A stretch of 64,000 nt of DNA, from assembly GCF_009914755.1 (NCBI RefSeq), contig NC_060930.1, one strand, 5' to 3'. Made by a program: the position numbers and the translations under genes. Each line of letters begins with the position of its first letter. The stretch's first letter is position 1. The DNA is from the human T2T-CHM13v2.0 reference genome, Homo sapiens. The notes under the pieces are model-generated. The model searched no databases. It saw nothing but the letters and a program-made list of their open reading frames with translations, and was not told the origin of the DNA. Shown here one piece after another: positions 15,179 through 28,275 of the stretch.

Positions 15179-16332
15179 AATTCATTTGAATAAAAAATAT
15201 TACACTTCTGTGTGTAATAACCACGCAAAATTAAAAGGCAAATAATTAGTTGAAGATAAATATCTGCAATAAATATGACAATTTGAAACCCTTAATATGT
15301 AACCCCTTCATTCAAATCTACAAGTACACTAAAACTGCAACTGAAAGCAGCCAGAAGCAAAAACAGTTCATAACAACAATAAAAAGCCGATAAATCACAT
15401 TTTACCTCCCGTCACACCTCAAACAATAATCAAATTTTATTTTTGCTTTCATATTAGTAAAGACAAGAAAAAAATACTCAGGTGAGGGTCTATGAAATAG
15501 ATAAAGTCACAGACATTGCTAATGAAAGTATAAACTGGAACAACCCTTCTAAAAAGCTAACGATGAATACACACCAAGAGCCTTAAAAAATGTAATACAC
15601 TTAGGCTGTAAAAAATTGTGGCCCTATCTATGTACGTATAGAGATGCTTATTACAGCACAAGTTATGCTTAGCATAAAACTGGCAACTACCTAAATTTCC
15701 AACAATAGGAAAACAGTATGTTAATGACATGAGGCAATGCTCATTTCATAAGGGGAAAAAACAGGAAACAAAATTGTTTGTATGCTATTCCAATTTTGGA
15801 TGATATGTCTATATATGTGTGTGTGTATATAAACCTCAAAAATGTTTGAGGCTATTGCAGACTAGTGATTCAATTTTTTTCCCAGAAGCTTTTTAAATTT
15901 TCCTGTCTTCAATGGGGATGCATTGCTTTTACAGTTATTTTAAAAATAAAGACTAGGGGCACTTTCATGTTAAAAAGATCTGGGCATTGTAGTTAAACAT
16001 GAGCTGACTGGCAGAAAAGGTGACTAAAAAGCTATAGTCACAGTCACCGTTTCTAGAAGACTGTGCAGGTACAAACACCATTTTTATATGGGGTATTGGA
16101 AAACTAGCATGGGTCTAGACAAGAATGACCAGGAGAATAAAGCATCTACAATCAGCTACCACGAAAAGAAAAGGTCAAGGAACTACAACTCTGAAGCCTT
16201 AGAAGGTTGGTAGAGAGTGTGAACTGTCAACACACCACGTAAACACCTTCAGGACTGCTCATAAACGGACTCTACATGGGACGAGGTGTTGGATGACAGG
16301 ACTTCAAAGTTTTTCTAAGATACAATGGCTAG

Positions 16333-16966
<634 letters not shown>

Positions 16967-17444
16967 AGAAATTCTTTTAAAACTGTTACGCAGAAATCAG
17001 CATCTGCAATAGAGAAGATTTGACTTTAAGAATGGTCAAATATTTCCTGTCCAAGGGGGACACAGTGTGCAGAGGGGAGCTAGAGGCCTTACTAGTCTTT
17101 CTTCTAATCCTGCCCTGAGCTTCAACCCACATCTCAAATTCAGAGGAATCTTTCCAGGGTTCTGCAGCATAAATCAGCATCTTTTTTTTTTAAACACTGG
17201 GTTTTATTCTTAGAATAGCCCTGTATTAAAGGAGCATTACACAGCAAGACCAGGAAGCAGTTCAAATACAGTTAAAGATGAAATCTCAATATGCTACTTA
17301 GCTATTCAAAGTTTGCGGTATAGAAAGAGAATGGGGGAAAGGGACTGGATATAAATGCAATACCTAAAGAACACTGAACACTATGGAAACTCAAAACTTG
17401 TCTAAATTCTATTGTTTACATTTTAGCACGTCCCAGGAATGACT

Positions 17445-17655
17445 GTGGTGAAGTGAGAAAAACACAGGTTTTGAGGGCAGACGTTCCTGGGTTTAAATCC
17501 CTGCTGAAATGCTTACTAGCTGGGTGACTTGTTTAACTCTCTAAGTCTCAATTTTCTCATCTCACAGGGTTGTTTTGATACTACTTGAGATACTGTGGTA
17601 CTAACTATGAAATGCAAAGTACAGAGCTAACACATGTACATGCCTAATAAGTAGT
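17445..17655 (+). mobile_element. MIR
   Basis: cctgggtttaaatccc...cttactagctgggtgactt core. Confidence 0.75.
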
Positions 17656-18169
17656 TTCTTTTCACTAATTTATTAGAGTTTTAATAGAAATAAACAGAAT
17701 TATACTTATATACCTATAATGGTATGACTGATATTCTGTGCCACATTAATTTTACTAAATGAAAGAAAAAAATCCTGGTGGTTATTTATTTTTTGATCAC
17801 ATCATTGCAATTACTACGATAATTCTTATTACATATACTTTTATTTTCAGTTAAAAATAAACATAATTAGAACTGATGAGTCATCTTCATGTAGTAAGTT
17901 TCTGACTGTTCAATTCCATTTTATCTACCATAGTATTTATTTCATAGGTTTTCAAAACTGGAATTAGAGACTTGAAAGTGAATAGCATATTATTAAGTAT
18001 CCTATGCTACTCTTTTATACAACACTTTAAATGATTCTTAAGAATACAAAGGGATATTAAATAGTTCAATATTATTCCAATGCTTCTTTAGTTATTTCCC
18101 CTATCTTAGGGTAAACACCATTTTCCTTCTCAAATAAAAACAAATTAGCCAAATTTCAAATGCTGATTC

Positions 18170-18564
<395 letters not shown>

Positions 18565-20250
18565 TGACTTCTCCCCTACTCTAGAAGTTTATAAAAACCA
18601 TTAGGCAACTACCAATCTTCTGAGAAAAGTACAAACTCCATCCCAGTTGCCTTCAACAGTTTAATCAGCAGAGCTACAAGATCCCACAGGTTATTTTCCA
18701 GCACACACCTCTAAAAAGCTAAGACAAAATCATGAAGCTCCATATGAATTCAACAGACAAAGTCTCTTGTTAAGGCTGACAGCTAAAATTTTCAAAGATT
18801 TCTTTTTGTGGTTTTAAAATTTAGTTTTCTGAAAGGTATAATTTTTGCTGTCAAGTTATACCATGTTCCAGCAAAAAGGTAATGAAACAGAATAGCTGTA
18901 TTTATTCATGATACCAAACATTTATGATAGACAACAAAACGTTGTCCTGATTCACTTCTAAAATACTCTATTGCTATAATTATTGATCATACAATGGTGG
19001 TATATGATCATTACAAGAAATCCCAGAAAAGTAACATTTAAGCATCACAACCCTAATCTTGATGCTCTATTTTTATGTAGTTTAATACCTAAACAAGCTG
19101 TTAAAGTGCCAATTCCCCTTCAATATAGAACATCGTCTTAGAGAATTTCAGGTCATGCCCAGTATGACAACTTAAGACATGGTATTAGAATAAACAATCA
19201 ACTCCGTCTTAGAAATAAACTGTCTTAGAGCCAAAATTAACAAACAGGATATAAATATTTTGGTATTACAGGATATAGATACTAACTTTATTTAAACACT
19301 GTTACATAAATATAAGCCAGCTTTTAAAAAAACGAATATACACTTAACATATATTGACATATGAGAAAAAGATGAGCAGACACCTCAAAAATCTTGCCAG
19401 TATTTACCAACAAATCATGATTTTCAAGGAGCAATTTCTTAGATGAATGATCTAAAATATTAAAATTGAATATCAGATTATACCTATATGCAGATCTTTA
19501 CTCTTAGAACCATTATTTAAGATAATGACTGAGAGAAGAGAAAATATGTCATTTATCATACATTCCCTATAAGTAAATACTTTAAAAATAAATGCCAAAG
19601 TTCTCACTGATAAGTTTTTTCCTGAACACTTAATAATGAATAAGAATGTGGTAAAACCTCTAGTTAGAATTTGATTCCATTAATGCTCCAATTTTATAAT
19701 GAATTCCTGAGCTATCATTTTACTTCTGTTAATATGTCTATCTAAGCTTGAAAGGTTTTGCTATGTTATACATACACAGGCGTGAGAGAGGGACACAAAG
19801 AAGGAACTTTTCTCTTAAGTTTGATATACCTTATTCAAATTTGTAATATTAAAAAGAGAATAACCTTGATAGATGAGAGACAACATGTATTTCTTTTTTT
19901 TTTTTTTTTTTTTTTTCATTTACAGAGAAGTGGCTTCTACCTGACAAGGCATGATGTATATAACATGCCATAACGTATGCCAACTAAAAGAAATAACAGG
20001 GAGTTTTAAAAAATGCAATCACTATTAAAAATTATTCCTCAGTTACCACCCCCATGGATAGTACAATAAATTACTCAACAAAAAATGCACAGTTAATTTT
20101 TCAGGTATTTTTTGCAGTAAGTTCCACAACTTCAATATCCTTATATATGTATTTATATATATATATAAATACCACACAGAGATGTCATTAAAACCACAGC
20201 CTCTGGCTAACAGATAAGGAATACACTGAAGTTATATGAAATTATGAAAA

Positions 20251-20252
<2 letters not shown>

Positions 20253-20306
<54 letters not shown>
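20253..20306. repeat. (AT)27 perfect microsatellite
   Basis: Direct count of 54 nt. Confidence 0.97.
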
Positions 20307-20310
<4 letters not shown>

Positions 20311-20912
20311 CCTGTATGAAGCATTATGACATTTTTCAAAATCCATATTGAAAATCAGCCATTTTAGATAAATCCATATAGTACCATAGAATGAATTTTA
20401 ACTTTATACTATCTTTGGATATGGCTCACATATTTAACTCTATTAACTGCCTCTTGGAAAATGAACATACTAGCAGCAAGGGATGCCGAATTAGTTTTAT
20501 GGAGCTGTACCAGCCTCATTATTCAAATAGCTAGTATTATTTTCCTGGTATTTTATATTTATCTTTTAATACAAATATTGCTTCATAAAAAATGTCAGTT
20601 TGATTAATTTCACCTGATGCATGAAAAGACACATATTGTAAAAAAAAAAAAAAGTCCTACATTTCCATGCAACATTTTAAACTTATTTTAGGTATTAATT
20701 TAGTAATTATTACTTGTTGGTAATAGAAAGAACTAATAATGCTCTCATAAAAATGTACTACTTGTAGGTTCAAGTCAAGTTGAAATTTAATTTCTGCTTT
20801 TTAATAATATATCATCTGCATACCATGCAAATACAGCAATGTATCCAGGCATGGAAATAAACATTTCAAAGGAAAGCAGCAAAGGAAAAACAGAAAATAA
20901 AGTTCCACCTAC

Positions 20913-20955
20913 AGGGATCCCTCTGACTATTTTCGGTGAGTCCTGGAGATGACAT
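20913..20955 (-). CDS. DTNBP1: Coding part of a putative alternative first exon of DTNBP1 in intron 7: MSSPGLTENSQRDP(S)
   Basis: ATG at 20955, 14 codons plus 1 nt, then CCCT|gtaggt donor; phase 1 matches the exon 7/exon 8 junction; sits in non-repeat sequence. Confidence 0.7.
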
Positions 20956-21300
20956 GGATGTGAGACCTGAATGAGTGAACAGAAGCTCAGTGCTGGTCAA
21001 GTGAAGCCTCCAGTTACCAGGCAGCTGCCCTCACGTGCATCTTCTGGGATGTAGAACAAAGGAAGTGAGGCTGAAGCCAGAAGCAGGTTTTTCCAAAGAA
21101 ATTGTAGTAAGCCTATTAGTTTTTTGCTGATGGCTTAAGCAGATATACATTGGAATCTACTGCCTCTATAAAAGCAAAATGCAAGCTCTCAGGGGCTCTA
21201 GTGTGCAAAGATGTATGCACCGGTCTGGGACCATACCAAATGCAGCTCAAAATGGAGGGGAGGGAAGGCTGAAAATAACTAAATCCAACAGAATTTGTCA
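20956..21300 (-). promoter_or_regulatory. Putative internal promoter and 5'UTR of the alternative exon
   Basis: Unique, higher-GC island in AT-rich intron; CAGCTG (21022-21027), CACGTG (21032-21037), AAAGGAAGTG ETS-like motif (21058-21067), TTC-N4-GAA (21091-21100). Confidence 0.45.
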
Positions 21301-21589
21301 TCTAGGTACAAAGATGCTTTAGTAACACAGCAAAAGAGAGATGAAATCTTGCTGTTTGAAAGTAGTAACATAAAAATTAAAAATATAGTTCATTTCATAA
21401 CACACAAGGCATCTATAATTTTCCCCTACCTCATTTTTAATGTAGCATTAGCCTAAAGGTTTTTTCAAATTCAGCAACACTAACCAGTGGCTTGGAATGT
21501 GCTATATATTTTTAATAAGTATCTTAAGTCATCAATTCTAATAGTTACAAACACTTCTCCACAAATTTTTCCTTTTTGAAAATAGTATG

Positions 21590-22350
21590 GTCTAAATCCC
21601 ACTCCCGCTGGTCCCCTCTGAATCACAGCTCCATCAATCAGCCACTCTCACTGTATCTTCAACCTCTCCCTCTCTATAGCTTCTGTTCCTTTTTCATACA
21701 AATATACTCAACTTCCTCCCAAAATTAAAAAAAAAAATCCTCCCTTCAACCTAACTCTCTCCTCTAACTATTCTTCTTTCCTTCCTTTAGCCTTAGCTTT
21801 TGAAAGCATTGTCTCTACTCCCTCATTCATTTAAATATTTAATAAGCACCAAAGTGCCAAGCACCTGAGTCACAATGGTGAACAAGGCAGAACAGTCCAC
21901 TCATTCCAATCCTCTGCCATCTGGTTTCTACCCCCAGCACCCCCACACACAAACCCATGCTGCTGAAAGTGTCCTCATTAAGATCACCAATTAGCTTCTC
22001 AGGCTATATTTCAGTTTGCCTTCTCCACAACAATATGACACTGCTTCTTGACATGTCCTTGAAATGTTCTCCTTATCACATTTTCCTCTTTGCCTCCACT
22101 ATGGGCAACTAGCTCTCTTCTCGTGCCTGTCTGGTGAATGTTGGTGCTTCCTAGATTTCTATGCATTGTCAACTTTTTTTCATTCTGCCCTGTTGTTTGT
22201 GGGCAACGTCATCCAAACCCCGGGCTTCCATTCCCACCTACATGCTGGCTACTCTCAAATCTAGCTCAGATCCTTCTCCTGAGGTTCAACAGCCCATTGG
22301 ACACTTCCACCTATAATGTCTTACAGATACTGCAAATTTAACATGCTCAT
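21590..22350 (+). mobile_element. L2 fragments
   Basis: Pyrimidine-rich L2 motifs (actctcaaatctagctcagatccttctcctgag...cttccacct). Confidence 0.6.
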
Positions 22351-22364
22351 GGTGAAATTCACTC

Positions 22365-23372
22365 AATAAGAATGAAATATTAAGGAATAAATTTAAGACT
22401 CACATATTGAAAACAACAAAACTGCTTAGAAAAACTGAAGATGGCTTAAACAAACATGGATACATTCCATGTTCATGGATTGAAAGACTCACTATCATTA
22501 AGATGACAATTTTCCCCAAATTGATCTATACATGCAACACAACCATCCCTATTCAAGTCTCAGTAGGCTCTTTCCTTTGTTAGAATTGTCAAAATGATCC
22601 TAAAATTTATATGAAAAGACGAAGGACCTTAAATATTAAATAGTCAAACCAATTTTAAAAAGTAGTAGGTTGGAGGACTTAGACGTCCCAATTTCAAATC
22701 TTACTACGAAGCTACACTAGTCAAGGCAGTGTGGCACTGGCAATAAGGAACAAAGTTGAGAGTTCAGAAAAAAACTCTTACATTATGGTCACTGGTTTCC
22801 TACAAAGGTGCCAAAGCAATTCAATGGGGAAAAGAAGCTCTTTTCAAAAAATAGTTCTAAGGCTTGTGAGGGAGACTTCGGGCATGGTGCAGCCTAGAGC
22901 CCCAAGGTCTGCCAAAAAATGGTTCTGAGACAACTGAATATCGATACGTAAAAAAATGAAGGTAGACTTTTAACTCACACGAACACAAGGCTTAACTGAA
23001 AATGGATCACAGACCTAAATGTAAGAGCTAACTAGTGTTGTCAAGGATGAGGAGAAACTGCAGCCCTCACACACTGCTGATAGGAACGTAAAATGGTACA
23101 GCCATTTTAGAAAACAGTTCAGCAGTTTCTCAAAAAGTTAAACACAAACTTGTCATACAATCCATATATTCTAGTCTTAGCTATATACCCAAGATAAATA
23201 AAAATGTATGTCAACACAAAGACTTGCATAAGAAAGTTGATGGCAGCATTATTCAAAATAGGCAAAACCTGGAAACAATCCAAATGTCCATCAGCTGCTG
23301 AGTGGATAAACAAAATGGGGTATATTCATACAATGAAATATTAATTCAGCAATAAAAAGGAACAATATAGTG
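22365..23372 (+). mobile_element. L1M ORF2 and 3' fragments
   Basis: cattccatgttcatggattgaaagactc, caaaggtgccaaagcaattcaatgggga. Confidence 0.85.
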
Positions 23373-25132
23373 ACTTTTTATTCTACTCAGTTTCCTGAAT
23401 CTGTGTCTTTCCCTCCATTCTAGCAATGGCTGAATTCAAATCTAATAGTTTCCCAACTGATCTTTTTTAGTCTAGACCTGATCTTCTCTAATCTATCTCC
23501 TATATGATTCCAGAAAACTTGCTTTAAAATGCAAATCTGATCCTTCTACCCTGATTGAAACCCTTGGGAATATCCTACTCCCTATCCGGACTCTATCAGC
23601 TACAATAACCTTTGAGCTCTTTTTAATCATGCACCCCTGACATATGCATGAATTCCTGCTCTAATTTATTACATAATATACAGAAAATTGACATTTAAAA
23701 GGATGACATAAAAAAACAAAAATTCCAGTTTCCTCTCTCCTCCTAATGCTCTGCATGCCCACATTCCTCTTTGAAGACCACTGGCCTAAAGGGAAATGTC
23801 CAAGTTCCTGTGTATGGCATTCAAGGCTGGGTACCAGTTGTTCCTTGCCTCTCTGTCCAACTTCATCCCTCATCACTTCACCCCACACACCATATGCTTC
23901 AGCCAGGCAAATTATTTGTGGCTCCTTCAATAAATAAGAAATTAAATTTTAACTTGTATTCTTGAAATAAACATATATGCATCTTTACAACTGTTCTTTC
24001 CTCTTCCTGGAATGTCTTTGTTATCCTTTCTAGCCCAGTGAGTACTCGTCATTCAGATCAAGTGTCATGACCTCTCTCTGGTTAATTACTCCCACCTTAG
24101 TGTACTTATTTCTATTATTTCTATATTATATTCAAATTATATATTTGCCTTTCTAATCTATAAGCTTTGCCACAGTCCTTTAGCTCCCTGAGGACAGAGG
24201 ACAGTAACATCATCCAACCTGAGTCACTTAAGTATTGTTCAATGGCAGCTGAATAGTTTTGTCTCACACGTTAAGCCAACTCTTGAAGTGAACCAACAAA
24301 TTCTACTGAAGTTTACCACCTAGCATCATCATCCCTATCTGTAACATGCTAAGGGCTGCCAAGCCAGTAATATGCATAAGCCACATCCACGAGTCATCCA
24401 AACAAGTGAGACTCCTCACAGCCTCAGAAGTCTCCAAGTCAGATGACTTGGTGCCTTCTATTTTTACTCAAATTTAGCCATCATCATCACTGGGAATTGC
24501 TCCCCTTCTAAGATTTCAAACTGAAATCTCTTCTTTGACCACAAGATCCACCTCAACCACTAAAAGTGTTCTTCCCCTTTACGGGGTACCTCACCTGTAC
24601 CATTCAGCCTGCTTATTCTGCTGGTCTGGTCAGGCCTCCCCTCTCTCTAGTCAGAACTCCACAGCCAATCATTTCAATCATAGTCTCACTAGCATCCATG
24701 GTTACCATGCCTGCTGGCCCATCTTACATGTCTTCCCATTTCCAACTCTGTGTTAACCAAAGCATATTTGTTTTGCTTTTTTATTTCTGCTTCTGAGCCT
24801 AGCCCTGAAAATTCAGATTATCATTCCTTACGTGAATTCTCAAAAAATTATTTAATCCTTCCATGTCAACTTTTCCCTATATTATCAGCCATCCTTTCCT
24901 TCTCTAAGGTCTTAGGAAAAGAGACATCCCTGGATACTCTCCAAGGATAACCTATCTGGATACCACTTCTTTCCATTTTCTTTGGTATCATAATGACTCC
25001 TTCAATATCTTCAACTATACCTCCCCTGACTTTGACCCGGATCCCATCTCATTACATTTTCATTTTTTTCTACCATTCATGATTGAATAGTTAGTTCATG
25101 TCACCTTTATTTCCTAACTACTCATACACTTC

Positions 25133-25427
25133 TTTTTTTGGAGACAGAGTCTTACTCTGTTGCCAAGGCTGGAGTGCAGTGGCACAATCTTGGCTCACTC
25201 ACTGCAGCCTCTGCCTCCCAGGTTCAAGCAATTCTCATGCCCCAGCCTCCCAAGTAGCTGGGACTATAGGCGCCCACCACCACGCTGGGCTAATTTTTTG
25301 TATTTTTAGTAGAGATGGGGTTTCACCATGCTGGCCAGGTTGTTCTCGAATGCCTGACCTCAAGTGATCCGCTTGCCTCAGCCTTCCAAAGTGCTAGGAT
25401 TACAGGCGTGAGCCACCATGCCCGGCC
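25133..25427 (-). mobile_element. AluS
   Basis: TCATACACTTCT TSD. Confidence 0.9.
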
Positions 25428-26207
25428 TATTCATACACTTCTGATTTTCAATTCGGATTCAACCTTTACAAACAGCTCTTTCAGGTCACCAATGACCTGT
25501 TCATTGTCAAATCCAACAGGCTCTCTCCATTCAGCTCAACTTCTCTGCATTACTTATATTATGGATAACCACCTTTCCTCCTTTAAACTCTCCTCTGTAG
25601 TTTTTTTGTCACTACGTTGCCTTAGTCTTCCTGTTTCTCTGACCACTTTTGTCCTACCTCATCCACTGGCTCTGCTTTCCAGAGCTAAGTCTTCAATGTC
25701 TTATGTCTTTAAAGACTATGAAAGCTTATGTACTCTACATGTGCTTACAATAATGGAATTCCTTCCCCATTAAAAATATAAAATAAGGACTTTTATGATC
25801 CTATCCTCTTTTTCTGCTGTCTAATATTTGAGTGATGTCACTAAAAATTTTAAATGAATGCAGTATTTGGGGAACACAGAAAAATTTCCTACTGCCAATA
25901 TTAAAATAAGAACAACAACTGGTTTCAATAATCTTGTAGAGATTGGCCATATGCACCAGAAGGTGAACGTAACTCATCAACCTCAATGGAGTATTAGAAG
26001 GGAGAATCCAGAACATGGTGGATGATATTAATCTACATTACTAACTTTGAGGGTTACTAATTTGGTATTTTGGTTCTCAAAAGTTAGTTTTCCCCCAATT
26101 TAGAAAAGAGCTTCTAAATATAAGTTGAATAAAGCAATTGGAGGAAGTAACACCTTTTATTTTCCTGCAACCTGAAAAGGAAAAAGGCAATATTCAAAAA
26201 ATAATAA

Positions 26208-26606
<399 letters not shown>

Positions 26607-28252
26607 CGTTTTAAAAATATTAGCAAAACACTCAAGAAGAAACAATTTTGAATGAACACTGATAATAAAAATCTAGATATAATGCAACATTCAATTTAGG
26701 GTTTGTTCATATTTGAGATCTTTAATTGGACTGTGGGTGGATTTGATGTGCTGTTAATTGTACATAATTAGGAATGTGTGTATAAACAAGATATTTCAGC
26801 CTAAATTGAATTATTCTATCGGGTAATATACAACACTACCTAACCTTTTGCAAACTGCTATTCTCTTCTTTTTCTCTGAATATTGTCACACTAAAAAAAG
26901 TACGCCTCAGCACTGAGATGCAAGTAAAACTGACATTTTACATAATCTGTGTCCCTGCCCTGTCTTTTAATATTAACTTGATTGTTTTTTTCATCTCTTA
27001 CTGTTATATAAGAAGATACTAAACTAGTCAACCAAAAGAAAAGAATGAGAAGGAAAAGGCATTTTATAAGGATTTCAAATCTTATTTTAAACCACTGATT
27101 GAAAAAAGAATGTATACAAGTAGTGGTTTACAAATTGAATTAAGAACAATGACAGCCATGACAACACATTGTATCACATGATCATTTAACATTACCTTCA
27201 ACAAACTGGCCATGAACTTAATCATTTACTAGAGCCGTAGTAGGTCAAACAGAAATCCAGCCAAACAAAGCTGTTCAATAATAGCTATAGGAGGAATATG
27301 CCTTTATACCTTTTATCTTGAGAATTTGTCATTTTTTCTAAATCCAAACAGATCACACATATAAACAATTCAACCATAAATGATATACTTGGAAATCTTT
27401 AACCATTCGGTAAATCTAAAGGACAATGCTGGTTTATACGTGAAGTATAATAAGCATAAAACAACAAAATCAGAAGTGATTTAATAAGTAATTCAAAAAG
27501 TTTTCTCAGTTATTGAAATGAATCTCTCGAGAATAGGATTTCTACTACTTAATTGCTCATGAGTAATTAATTGAAAAATGGGAAACTGGAAGAACCTTGA
27601 GCTGCTGGAAAGTTTGTGTTTTTTTCTGTTTTTCACTAGTGTTTCTCCATGACCAGTAAGGGTCAACATAACCAAGAATTATTCTCTAGCGTCCCTCCTT
27701 CAGGCATTCCCTAAAAGTAAAAAGTAATGCTGGGTGCTTTTGGAATCTCAGAATATATTTCATCTGAGCCTCTAATTTTACAGATGGAGAGAGAAACTGT
27801 GCCTGAAAAGGTAAGAGACTCATCCAAAGTCACAAGACAGCAGCAGAGCAGGGCCCAGCACTGAAGACCTCTCAGGAGGTTCGAGTGACTGCAAGGTCAA
27901 TTACAGGGGCACCTCTTGATCTTTGTCACCATTCCCTTTCCACATGGCCCAGACTGTACAAGAGAAACCAGAATCTTCTTAAACTATGATTCTCAACAAC
28001 CTCAAAGTTAGCACTGCACCTTCCTAACACACCACTTATAAAGGTCATTAGCAGGAACTCTCACTTGGTACATGTGCTAAAGAGAATATCAAAACCACCT
28101 GTGATTAAGCAAAACCTACAAAAAACAGTATTAAGTTTTACTGTTTTATGTAAACTGATTTTAAAAAATGAGTTTGTTCATCATTGTCGAGAGAACATCT
28201 GATACCAATGAACTCTCAACTACTTTAAAGTGAAGAATTAACACAAAATTAC

Positions 28253-28275
28253 CTTTGAAGGTTTCAAGTTCCTTC
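28253..28275 (-). CDS. DTNBP1: DTNBP1 exon 7, 23-nt microexon: (R)KELETFK(A)
   Basis: T14-cctacag|GAAGGAACTTGAAACCTTCAAAG|gtaatt; phase 2 in and phase 1 out. Confidence 0.97.

Noticed and set aside
19894-19916. T23 tract as the poly-A tail of a processed pseudogene
   Set aside because: No TSD, nearby poly-A signal or ORF found; more likely a simple homopolymer, though it can cause oligo-dT internal priming on DTNBP1 pre-mRNA
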